DNA of 64,000 nt, from positions 138,572,001 through 138,636,000 of the forward strand of contig NW_024704742.1 of the NCBI RefSeq assembly GCF_018977255.1, in the 5' to 3' direction. Below the pieces are notes generated by a model. The model made no database searches and was not told the DNA's origin. It worked only from the letters and a program-made list of their open reading frames with translations. Both the position numbers and the translations under genes were made by a program. This DNA comes from Callorhinchus milii. Its lineage: Eukaryota. How positions within the stretch are numbered: position 1 is the stretch's first letter; each line of letters opens with the position of its first letter. Positions 51,669 through 63,423 of this stretch are shown here, piece after piece.

Positions 51669-51765
51669 CCTTCACTTTGCCGAAGGTGCCGACCCCCAGG
51701 GTGTCCCCGAGTTGGTAATGGCCGATCTTGACGCGGCCGCTGTCCGCCTTCTGCTTCTCCGCCAT
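51669..51765 (-). CDS. PRKAA: AMP-activated protein kinase catalytic alpha subunit, coding exon 1 (PRKAA1/PRKAA2 family, paralogue unresolved)
   Basis: Translates as MAEKQKADSGRVKIGHYQLGDTLGVGTFGKVK plus one base, then donor G|GTAGGA. This matches the vertebrate AMPK-alpha N-terminus (EKQKHDGRVKIGHYxLGDTLGVGTFGKVK), including the GxGxFG loop and a phase-1 intron after VK. Start context is AAGATGGCG, within a CpG island. Confidence 0.93.
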
Positions 51766-51866
51766 CTTCTTCCGGCAGCGGCGGCCGCGCGGGTCACGTG
51801 ATCAGTCCACGCCCTCCCACGTGACTTTCTCGGAACACCCCACCCACTGGTCATCTAATGCCGCCT

Positions 51867-52075
51867 CACGTGACCTTTTCACCGCCCCCTCACGTGATCC
51901 CGTCACCTGTCAATCCGTCCCCCACGTGACCGCCCCCCTCACGTGATCCCGTCACCTGTCAATCCGTCCCCCACGTGACCGCCCCCCTCACGTGATCCCG
52001 TCACCTGTCAATCCGTCCCCCACGTGACCGCCCCCCTCACGTGATCCCGTCACCTGTCAATCAGTCCCCCACGTG
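51867..52075. repeat. 49-bp promoter tandem repeat (about 4 units), each with two CACGTG and one CTGTCAATC
   Basis: Unit CACGTGACCGCCCCCCTCACGTGATCCCGTCACCTGTCAATCCGTCCCC starts at 51923, 51972 and 52021, with partial units flanking. Confidence 0.9.
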
Positions 52076-53949
52076 CCCCCCCCCCTCTCTCACACCTGTC
52101 CAGGTGTGCACTCACACTCAGGTGTGCACTCACACTCTCTCTCACACGCTGTGCTGTGTGTGCAGCGAGTGCCGCTCCTCCAGAGCCACGTCCCACGTTA
52201 GAGATCCATCAATTAATTTGAATTGACTTCAGATTGATACACACCAATATCATAGGAGCAGGAGGCCATTCAGCCCCTCCAGCCTGTTCCGCCGTTCTGT
52301 AAGCCCATGGCTCACCTGTACCTCAACTCTAATTACCCGCCTTGGCCTCTGATCCCCTGATCCCCTGACCTGACAATGATACTCTTTTACCTTACAGAAA
52401 TATACAGCACCTTGTCATTGTCATTGTCTTCTAAACACACAGGATTCATTGCAAAGTGTAGTGACTGGGTTTTGTGCAGCCAATTTGTGCGCAGCACCAT
52501 TCCCGTCAACAGCCATGAAGGGAATGCAAGTACAAAATGGCGTGCGTATAGCTCCTTGCACATCGGGGGGGACGTCCCAAGGCGCTGGGATCCAGTCTGT
52601 GCCGAACAGGTTAACACCTCATCAATTAGACGGCACCTCCAAAAATACAGTGGTCCCTCCAGCACTGCGCTGGAGTGTCAGAGTGTGAGCCAGGCTGGCA
52701 ATAATAATAAAATATATAACTATTATTATTACTGAAGACACTAGACAACCGTCAGAATATAATGATGGTCTGGCCTATCTAAATGCCCTCGGGAGCTCTT
52801 TCCTCACACCTTTCTTTCCCTCCTCAGCTATGTTATTACAGTATATTGTTAATATAGCTTATGAATGCAAAATTAAAATGCAAGGATTATTATTATAAAT
52901 GCAAGTTGTTGTTATTTTGCGCAGTGCGCTGATTTTGTAGGAGCAACTGATTAAACTCAGGCTGATCAACACTAAACCGGGGGAAATTGCCCTTCAGACT
53001 CCACACATAGATGAAGATAGTAATAATAATAATCCTTGCATTTGATCATTTGATATAGCGCCTTATCACAGCTTTGAGACGTCTCAAAGCACTTCACAGA
53101 ATATCACTAAAGTAACTGTATACATTTGGGTGAAAGGCAGCATCGAATTGCGCACAGTAGCGTTCCACAAACATGCGTGGATTGAAGTGGCCAATTTATT
53201 ATTTTTTTGAACAAATTATTACCCCTGGAAAAGCAATCCACCAATCAACTGATAAGCAGGTTCCTACTGACTACTGGATTATTTTAATCCCTAAAAATAC
53301 TAAATTGGTCACTCAATCCACAACTGTTTGTGGGACACTGCTCTGCGCAATTGGCTGCCACGATTCGCCCACAAAATATACAGTCAATTCACTTTACAGT
53401 ATATTCTGTGAAGCGCTTTGAGAATTTCTCTGCATTATTTTTGGATGGTGAATTTGGATGAGGAAGGGATATTAATCAGGACAATGGGGAGAACCTGCTC
53501 ATTTTCCTCTGAAATAGTAGCAGAAATGGCACAAAATGAGTTTTAATCCTAAAAAAAAATCACCTAAAAATAATCAGTAAATGATGATTTGAAATTAAAT
53601 AATGAATAAGACAAACATTAAAGCTAGTTCCTTATAAAGTCTAAAAAACACTTATTTGGAAAAGTATTACATTTGTTATGTAGACAAACTCTTAAAAAAA
53701 CATTAAAGAATCAGTCTGGAAGGGAAGGAAAAGTAGAAATGATACCAGACAAAAAAATTGATAAAACTGTGTTCCTACTGACTGCTGGTAACCAGAGGTG
53801 TGGGGAGTAAGGAAACTTGCCCAACGTCTCGCCCCCGGCCCGGGAATCAAACCCAGGTCCTCGCGCTTGCGAGGCGAGGGCTCTATACCCTGAGCTACAG
53901 GACTCCACTGATGTTGAAATAAGATCAGACCCAGTCTCTTCCCTGAATA

Positions 53950-54420
53950 GGAACACACTAAATGGTTGAGGGGATGGAGGGACTTGACTATGAGGAGCGA
54001 TCAGGTAAACAGTGTACTCACATTGAAGAGAAGATTGAGGAGTGATTTGATTACGGTCTTTAAGATTCTAAAGGGACGAGATAATGTAGACCACGAGAAG
54101 CTGTTTTATATCTCGTACTGAACAGTAGAACCAGACAACACGGCCTGAAATTAAAAGGGGGTAAATTCAGAACAAATCTGTGGAAACACGACTTCGGGGA
54201 GCGAGTAGTAAACGTATGGAACAGGTTCCCTCGGGAGACAGACGGTGGAAGCAGAAAATGTTGTTTGTTTCAAGAACAAATCAGATAGATTTCTGCTGGA
54301 AAATAATATCTGGGGATACAGTATACAGTTTGGGACACGACAGGTCAAGTGACTGCCAGGTGGAAGGTGAACTAAATGGACCTTGGTCTTCTTTCATCAG
54401 CAAATTCTTATGGTCTTAAA
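53950..54420 (+). mobile_element. CR1-like 3' fragment of another subfamily (related piece at about 35940-36200, -)
   Basis: LRSDLITVFKILKG...RVVNVWN motif. Confidence 0.75.
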
Positions 54421-57400
54421 CGTACCGTGTATGTCGACCTCAACATAAACTTCAGCACACTTATGTTGACGTGGTTCAAGTTGCTAACAGCGTTCTGTGC
54501 ATTGTATTATGTCGAGTTATGATAACAGGCCCTTATCCTCAGGTGTGAACAAGGGATTCTTCAAAATCTGAAGCACAAACTACCGAAAACCTTCATCTTA
54601 TAAAAAGATGGCAGCTTTGAGGCCAAGGAAGAGATTACAGAAAACCTACTGGGGGCGAAGCACTATTTTAAACAGCCTGGATTTTGGTAACAACCTGCAG
54701 CTCAGGGGTTAGAGCCCTCGCCTATCAAGCGAGAGGACCTGGGTTCGATTCCCGGGCAGGGGGCAAAACATTGGGCAAGTTTCCTTACTCCACACGCCTC
54801 TGTTTACCAGCAGTCAGTAGGAACCCGGTTGTTAGTCGATTAGCGGATCATTTTTCCAAGATAATAATCCCTTTAAAAAAAATGTCGTCACTCAATCCAC
54901 GGCTGTTTGTGGGACGCTGCTGTGCACAATTGGCTACTGTGTTTGGCCTACAAAATATACAGTCAATTCACTTGAAGCACTTTGAGATGTCTCGAAGACG
55001 TGATAAAGCGCTATATCAAATGCCAGCATTATTATTGTTATAATAAGTATTTGGGCAAGTTACAAGCGCTAATCCGAAATTAGCAAAGGTTGTGTATGAA
55101 ACAGTGTACTGTGAAATAGTACAGCATTTTAAGTAAAAATCATCATGATATCCCCCAAAGTGCTTCTAATTACATTTCATATGAAATACACGGAAGTAAT
55201 TATTTTTAATTACAGTATGTTATTTGAAATACATATAAATAAATGTTTCAGCAATTTATAATTACAAAGCATCTGTCTCTGTTGTTCGTCTGTTTATGTC
55301 AACCCCCTTACGCTGATAAAATTCCAACAGTCGCTGACCTGTGCGCATAACAGCAGCAAATTACATTTGTATACAGCCTTTTACGTTGGGAGGACGTCCC
55401 AAGGAGCTGGAGTTGGGCAAGTTTCCTTTCTCCACACGCCTCTGTTTACCAGCAGTAAATAGGAATCCAGTTGTTAGTCGATTGGCGGATCACTTTTCCG
55501 GGGGTAGTAATCCCTTCAAAAAAAATATTATCCGATATTACATTGCAAAATATATTACATTTCATACAGCACCTTTCAGATCCCAAAGCACTTCGCGGGA
55601 TTTACTATAAAGTGCAGCAATTTTACACACAGTGATGTCCCACAAACAGCCATGAAGTGAGCGAGAGATTTGTTGGCCAGGACACAGAGAGAGAAACTCC
55701 CTTCTCCTCCAGGCATCGCTATTGTCCAGGGACCCAGCGCTTCACAATGTTATCAGGAGATCAGTCTGCCTCATGGAAAATCTCTGCTGCTTTCTATTCC
55801 CTCCTCAGCCCAGTTCAAATGAATTAGCCGCTTGCAAGACGCAGGCTCAGCAGCACAGACACGATGGGCCAAATGGCCTCCCCTAGGCCAAGATTTCTAT
55901 GTTTCTTCTTGTTGTCTGTACTTCGGGGTCATGGTGGACACCAACTTGAGCCTGGACACTGTCCTGAAGGACTGCGCTGAGAAGGGGCCAAGGGCACTTT
56001 GGTCATGCTCTTCATCCCTCCACCTTGCCCCCTCCCTCCTCACTTTCACATCCCACCTAAAGGCCTTCCATTTTGATCTGCTTACGGTCATCTCCCCCCC
56101 CCCACCCCCCACCCTCCCTCTCCACCTATATCAGGGTCAGACTCCACCACTGTCAAGCGCTCCGGGACTCTACCCCACGTGTAAATGCAAGTTGTTGTTG
56201 TCTTTCCATGATCCACTTTTCTCGTTTTGCTGGTATAGATCTCAAACTGGGTGAGAAAGTCATCATATTCTTTCGTCAACTTAAACGTTTCCAAAGTTTG
56301 TGGGCTATGGTTGTCATACAGCTGAGGTAAGCCTCAGCGTCGAAATGCCAAAGCCAGGGCTGGGTGGATGTGTCTGCAGCGATTAAGGTTAAAATGTTTT
56401 CCTGAGATGAAGCCATTGGTTAGTTAGCCAGCAGCCAATATCTCTGAACGAGAGATTTATTAAATTTAAACTTTAAACTTAGACCTCCAGTGACCTCATC
56501 TACATCCAATACATTAACACTTAATGTATCCCGTTACCCCCGCAGCCAAAGCCCTAACTAACGGGGAGGGTGGTCCTCGCTGGTCAAGCAGCGGGAAAGC
56601 TGCCAGACAGTGATCTCAATGGCCGAGCTGTGGGTTTAGTTGGTTACACTCCAGCAGTTACCCCAACACACACTCTGGGCCCCCCCAGGCCTTGGCTCTC
56701 ACCAACCTGCGCCTAATACTCGCCGGAATTAGGTAAACAGGATGTGTCCCTACAGGGAGAGAGAGAGAGAGAGAGCGCATTCCATTCCAACAATCTCTCT
56801 GGGATTTCCCGGTGTAGGTGGGAGGCGGGGAATTCTCATCTTGGTTTAGAGATTCTGAAGCAACAGTGATGGGTTTTCGCATGTGTCAGCCACGCGGCTG
56901 ACCCCCTCCCACCCACCCACCACCCCCAAAAAGAGGAGTCTTTTGTGACCAGCTATTGTGTTGTTTGGTACTGCTGACCTCAGAGTAAAAAAAGACCATA
57001 TTATTGCCTTCAAAAAAACTCGTTCTGCTGCTGACTGCAGAAGTGACTGTAATGCCAACGTTGGCTATCAGCCCAACTCTGTCTGACTGACCAGTGATGC
57101 TGGGTTTGCACTGTTGGCAGTTTCCTCTGAAGATTACCGCTCGCAATTTTACAGGTTCAAGTAACTTGAGAGCGATCTGCAATAATAACAAAATAAAGGC
57201 CTTGCAGTTGATGTGGAGCCCTGTAGCTCAGTGGTTCGAGCCCTCGCCTCGCAAGCGAGAGGATCTGGGTTCGATTCCCTGCAGGGTGAAATGGTGGGCA
57301 AGTTACCTTACTCCACACGCCTCTGTTTGCCTAGCAGTAAGTAGGAACCCAGTCGTTAGTCGATTGGTGGATCGCTTCCCGGGGTAATAATCCCTTCAAA

Positions 57401-58627
57401 AATAATAATAATAATTTGGTCACTCAGTCCATGACAGTTGTGGGATACTGCTGCGATTAATTGGCTGTTGCGTTTTGCCCACAAAATATACAGTTAATTC
57501 ACTTTACAGTACATTCTGTGAAGCGCTTTGAGACGTCTCGCAGACATGAAAAGGCGATATATCAAACGCAAGGATTATTATTGTTATTATTATAAAATTA
57601 AACCGAATTGAACAATGTGCCAGGTTCTGTAAACTCTGCAGTGCTGTTAATGGAGTAAATCTACACTCAGGAAATGTTTGTACCAGGTGGTGAAAGATAT
57701 GGGTCACATGGAATGATCTGAAAATTGGAGGAAGGATGTAAAGGGGATGTGAGATGCCTTGCGCTGCAGAGTAGAACTGAAGAGTTGCTGTGACAGCTGC
57801 TTGGGTGATGCTGACTACTGTCCGGGGTTGGAAGAACGGGCAATAGCGACCTGTTTTGTGACAGAATAAAACTTTGTTACACCATTATTGGATTGTCTGG
57901 TCATTATTTCGAACCTTGGGATCGGAAATCCCAAAACAGTGATGCTTACATTCAGCAGACAGAGGAGATACTTTCCTCCCATTAGTCTTGTAAACTTGGG
58001 TTTCATATTATATTATATTTACGTTACAAGTTTGCCCACAGCGTTAAACCCAGAGGGAAAAATGACCAACTGAATTTCCCAGCACAAATTTATCTAAACT
58101 ATTTCTGCAGTAGTGCCTACTGTTGTCACCATACTGAGAGGCTCCAAGATAGAAATGAAAACTTATAGGGGGTCATGCGTGGAACTTACATAATTGTGAA
58201 GTCCTGTAGCTTAGTGGTTAGAGCACTTGCCTTGCAAGTGTTTCGCCCACAAATATACAGTCAATTCACTTTACAGTATATTCTGTGAAGCGCTTTGAGA
58301 CGTCTCGAAGACGTGATAAGGCGCTGTATCAAAGACTGGACATGCACCCTCCTTGTGAAGATGACACCTGTCTGTAGAGTGAGCCTGGACCAGTCACTGA
58401 CGATGGGGAAACTCGTCTCTGACTCAGACGGTTCTGAGATCCAGTCCCACAAACTGAGGTCCCGTCTCAGTGCGGTGGCCAACAATTTTCACAGCCACGA
58501 AGTGAATGATTTGATTTGGGGGGGTTGGAGGGGCGAGTATTCGTGACGTCACTGAGAGAAAACTTCAGAATCGAGCCCACCGCCACCAGGAAGGAGCCAT
58601 TTGCTAACAAGCTCAATACTGTTTCAG

Positions 58628-58714
58628 TTTGGCTCGTCTGTCTGGTTGTTTGGGCTCGTCTGTCTGGTTGTTTGGGCTCATCTGTCTGGTTGTTTGGGCT
58701 CGTCTGTCTGGTTG
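58628..58714. repeat. 22-bp tandem repeat, 4 copies
   Basis: TTTGGGCTCGTCTGTCTGGTTG. Confidence 0.9.
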
Positions 58715-59254
58715 TGTCTAGCCGATAAGGTGAGATTTAGCAATTTGAAAAGTTTGGGCAATTGCACCAGAGAACAATTGGTGTGTGTTTTGCAGAAATC
58801 AGGGCACGATAGCGCCAACATAATATTTAACAGTCACGAGCGGGTGGATATATGAGTTGAACGCATTTATGACGATTGCTCAATTTTTGTGGTCTATTCT
58901 AGTCTCCCTGTCATAGATTATTCTAGATTACAATGGGCAGAGGATGGGGCAAACAGAGCGGACAGGGCTGGAGTTTCTTCCTTCCACGTGGAATACAAGT
59001 CTTCCCAAAATGGCCTCCACCCCTCACCCCCCACCCCCCACCCCTCCGCTTCTCTTTATCACTTGCACGTGGCAGCTATGAGGAAAAAGAGGCTTTGAAC
59101 ATGCCAGCGTTCTCACTGTACCAATTCGCTGACACGTTACCTTTCAAACAGTCTGTTTTTCGGGTTCGTCAGACAGAGAACCATAGAAATTCACAGCACA
59201 GAAATGATCCATTGGTTGCGTGTCTGGCGCTTCTGCGTTCAGTTTTAGGTACTC

Positions 59255-60045
59255 TTGAGTAATAATCATGGGGGATCTACCCCCAAATAAATTGGCCAGA
59301 AGGGGCAGGTAAAGGGGATACGGGAATCGAGTTCCTCCAATGTGTAAAGGATTCCTGTCTTACCCAGTATGTAAGCGGTCCAACAAGGGGGAACTCCCTG
59401 CGAGATCTAGTAATGGGCAATGAACAATGGGCAGATAAGAAAAGTATGAGAAAGTATAAGAAAAGGGGAACCTCTAGGCATTAACGATCATAACTTAATA
59501 ATAATAATAATAATAATCCTTGCATTTGATATAGCGCTTTTCACGTCGGGAGGACGTCCCAATGCGCTTCACAGAACACACTGTAAAGTGAATTGACTGT
59601 ATATTTGTGGGCGAACGCGGCAGCCAATTGCGCACAGCAATGTCCCACAAACAGTCGTAGATTGAAAATGACCAATTTATTATTGTTTTGGTTTTGGAGG
59701 ATTATTATTAGGCTCTGTGTGGAGTAAGGAAACTTGCCCAAGGTTTCCCCCTGACTGACCCCCCGGGGATTGAACTCAGGTCTCTCACTTGCAAAGCGAG
59801 TGCTCTAAGCGAGTGATGTAATAAGGTTTAAGGTAAAGATTGAGAAGGACATGAGTACGGCAAAGACCAGGGTAATAGATTGGAAAAAAGCTGGTTTTGA
59901 GGGGATGAGAATCGAATGTGGGAAAATAAACTGGAAAAAAATATTGGCAAACAAAGAGATAGAGCAGCAGTGGGAAATAGTGTCCAGGAGAAATATATAA
60001 CACTAACAAGCAAGACAAAGCAAGACAAGGATAAAACCCCTGGGG
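59255..60045 (+). mobile_element. CR1 endonuclease-region fragment split by a SINE (59497-59808, -)
   Basis: IIMGD..INW..EFLQCVKDSCLTQYV..PTRG..DLVMGN; VIDWKKAGFEGMR. Confidence 0.8.
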
Positions 60046-60742
60046 AGGAACTCTGGTCAATGTGCTGCAGTGCCGGGGCTCCAGCCCCAGGTGGCAGAGC
60101 TGGGCCGGGCAAGTCCATTAGGACGAGATAGAACACGTCTCAAAGTGCTCCACAGGAGACACTGTAAAGTGTAGTGACTGTGTATTTTGTGGGAGAAACG
60201 ATTGCGGCAGCCGATCGCGCACAGCAGCGTCCCCACAAACAGTCGTGGATTGAAGTGACCGAAAGGGATTATTGCCCCCAGAAAAGCCATCCACCAATCG
60301 ACTAACAACCGAGTTCCTACTGACTGCTGGTAACCAGAGGCGTGTGGAATAAGGAAACTTGGCTAAGGTTTCGTCCTGCCCGGGAATCGAACCCCGGTCC
60401 TCTCGCTTGCGAGGAGAGTGCTCTAACCACTGAGCTACATGGCCCCACTGTATAGCACACAAATACGGAGGACACATGTGTGCACACATATGTACCCGTA
60501 GCAATGGCCACATGCCTGAGTGAGGGCGACACATACTGGCAGCGTTGGTAAACCATTTTGAGATGCCCACGGCAACGGCGGCCCTCGGCCGGGCTGAATG
60601 TCAGCAAATCCACTGGGCGAGATGCAACAATTTCCACTCATCTGGTGCCCTCCATTCAGGGGAGCGCCGCAGAGCGCTTAAAGCAGGGAGCAAGAGAGCG
60701 AGTGATTGTATCATGGGGATTGTCGACCAGGACACCGGGAGG

Positions 60743-60777
<35 letters not shown>

Positions 60778-61489
60778 TCCCTTCTCTTTACCTACAGTGA
60801 AGTGGCATCTCCAACAGCCACGTGAACAGGGCACAGACGGGGAGTGAGGTTGAACGTCTCTGACAACGCGTCTCTCTCTCTCTCTCTCTCGCTCTCTCTC
60901 CCCCCGGCCCCCAGGGCTGCACTGGAGCATCAGTCTGGTCTGTGAGCTCAGAGCCCCAGGCCCTTAGCATGCGCTGATCTCGCCCTCTTGCACCTCTCCC
61001 CACCACCCCCACCCCCCCCCACGCCTCACCCCCCGCGACCAGAACGTTTGTAGATTTTTTTCCCTCTTCCCTCCCGCTTTCTTTCTTTTTCGGGAGGAAA
61101 AAAAACGCCACCCAACAAATCAACTCAATGTTTTGAACAAAATAGAAAGTGTGTGGGCGTCTGGGGCTGAGGGAGCACAGCTGGCGCTGGCGCTGGTGCT
61201 GGGACAGAGGACTGAGGACCGGCTGGTGAGTGTGTCTCCACTCTGATAAATCGCGAAACAAACACAACAACGGCAACGATAATCCTCGTATTCGACACGG
61301 CGCCTGACCGCGTCTTCGAGGCGTCTCAAAGCGCTTCACAGGATACACTGTAAACTGTAGCGACTGTGTATTTTGCGAGCGAAACGCGGCAGCCAATTGT
61401 GCTCAGCAGCGTCCCACAGTGTGGTCAATTGAGTGACCACATTTTGAAGGGATTATAACCCCCGGAAAAGGGATTGCCAATTAACTAAT

Positions 61490-62995
61490 ACAACAACAAC
61501 AACAACAAGATTCCATTTATGAAGCGCCTTTCACGTCAGGAGGACGTCCCAAGGCGCTGCACAGTTGGGTCATGACCCGAGCAGGGGGGAAATGGTCAGG
61601 GGGAGGGAAGGGAGGGAGGGAGTGAGGAGGGGGAAATGGTCAGGGTGAGGGGAGGGAAGGGAGGGAGCGAGGAGGGGGGAAATGGTCAGGGTGAGGGGAG
61701 GGAAGGGAGGGAGCGAGGAGGGGGGAAATGGTCAGGGTGAGGGGAGGGATGGGAGGGAGCGAGGAGGGGGAAATGGTCAGGGTGAGGGGAGGGAAGGGAG
61801 GGAGCGAGGAGGGGGGAAATGGTCAGGGTGAGGGGAGGGAAGGGAGGGAGCGAGGAGGGGGAAATGGTCAGGGTGAGGGGAGGGAAGGGAGGGAGCGAGG
61901 AGGGGGGAAATGGTCAGGGTGAGGGGAGGGAAGGGAGGGAGCGAGGAGGGGGGAAATGGTCAGGGTGAGGGGAGGGAAGGGAGGGAGCGAGGAGGGGGGA
62001 AATGGTCAGGGTGAGGGGAGGGAAGGGAGGGAGCGAGGAGGGGGAAGAGAGTCGAGAGGGGAGCTGAAGGCTGAAGGTCAAAGAGAAAGGTTTTGAGACC
62101 GGCCTTGAAGGAGGAAAGGGAGGAAGCGGCGAAGGCACTGGAGGATAGAGTTCCAGAGCCTCGGGGCTGAGAGGCTGAAGGCCCGACCACCGATGGTAGG
62201 GCGGTTGGGGCGGGGGACGTGGAGCAGACCGGAGCCAGAGGAACGGAAGGTACGGGCAGGTAGGTAGGTAGGGTAGGTAGGCAGGTAATAACCGGGTTCC
62301 CACTGACTGCTGGTAAACTGAAGCGTGAAGTTTTGCTCTGCCAGGGAATCGAACCCAGGTATTCTCATTTGCGAGGCGAGTGCCTGCAGATCTGGACTCC
62401 TCGCCCTCCCTGGGCTCTCCCTCAGACTCATCGAAGCAGTGCGCAACCCAGCTGTCCTTCCTCCCCCACATTGGTCCCTGACCAGGACCGCCTTCCTCCA
62501 CCTCATCCACATTGCCAACCTCCGACCGTACCTTACCCCAAATGCAGCCGCAACCCTCGTGCGTGCGTTTGTCACCTCCTGCCTGGAATACTCCAACCCT
62601 CTCCTCGCCCGTCTCCCCAGCTCCACTGTTCACAAGATCAGCTCATTCAGACTCCGCCGCCCACTTACTGACCTGAACCAAACTCAGTCCCCGCATCTCA
62701 CCAGCTCTGGCCCAGACTCCACCGGATCCCCATCACTGAACAGATCGACTTCAAGATCCTCTCACTCTCGCGTTCAAATCCCTTCACTCCTTGGCCGCTC
62801 CCTCCCTCTCTGACCCCCTCACTCCCCAATCCACCACCCGACGTCTCCGCTCAACCATCACCAGCTCCTGCTCATCCCTCACACCCTTCCCTCTCTCTCC
62901 GGCTCGGAGTCAGGCTCCACCACTGTTAAGCCTCTGAGACTCTGCTCTACACGGAGGGCAATTTATAAATGCAAGTTGTTGTTGTTGTTGTTGAG
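61490..62995. mobile_element. L2 3' fragment (-; 61490-62285) with a roughly 46-bp minisatellite, SINE piece, and older L2 fragment (+; 62385-62995)
   Basis: L2 tail; GAGGAGGGGGGAAATGGTCAGGGTGAGGGGAGGGAAGGGAGGGAGC about 10 copies; AFVTSCLEYSN. Confidence 0.85.
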
Positions 62996-63423
62996 CGCTC
63001 TAACCACAAAGTAGTTTATTCACTCATTGGATTTGCTTCTCCCAAATTCAGACGTAGTCAGTCAACCCTGATCACATGGCTCAGTCACTGAAGTTATCGG
63101 CTCTGTGGGTTCGAGCCCCACTGTGAGTCGGGGACTCTGAGCTCACGGTCCAGGCTAACGCTCCAGCACAGGGCTGGGGGGAGAGAGAGAGAGAGAGAGA
63201 GATGCTGTGCTTCAAGTGAGACTTTAAACCTCACTCCCCATCTGCCCTGTTCAGGTGGACGTTCAAACTGTCAGAGAGCATTTAATACAGACAGAAATTT
63301 TGTCCATTATCTAGTCTGTAATGGAATGTGTGTCGGAAGTACTGAGTGTGTAATGAGTGTGTGGGGTGTGTAATGATGGTGTAATTCGGGTGTAATGGGT
63401 GTGGGCTGTGTAATGCTTGTGTG

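Larger units (their letters stand above)
51380..52080. promoter_or_regulatory. CpG island / promoter and first-intron region of the AMPK-alpha gene
   Basis: GC- and CpG-rich around the ATG. A YY1-like CCGCCATCTT overlaps the start codon, with many CACGTG sites upstream. Confidence 0.8.
53020..61490. mobile_element. Further SINE copies: about 53020-53420 (rearranged), 53770-53907(-), 54694-55045(+), 57213-57592(+), 58197-58335(+, internally deleted), 60133-60445(-), 61277-61490(-)
   Basis: Same family motifs. Confidence 0.85.

Noticed and set aside
50128..51765. 545-aa ORF starting with the AMPK N-terminus
   Set aside because: Only the first 32 codons are real. The rest is read-through past the donor into GC-rich and CT-rich intronic repeats.
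54440..54469. 9-bp hairpin TCAACATAA...TTATGTTGA
   Set aside because: Too short for a pre-miRNA and could arise by chance.
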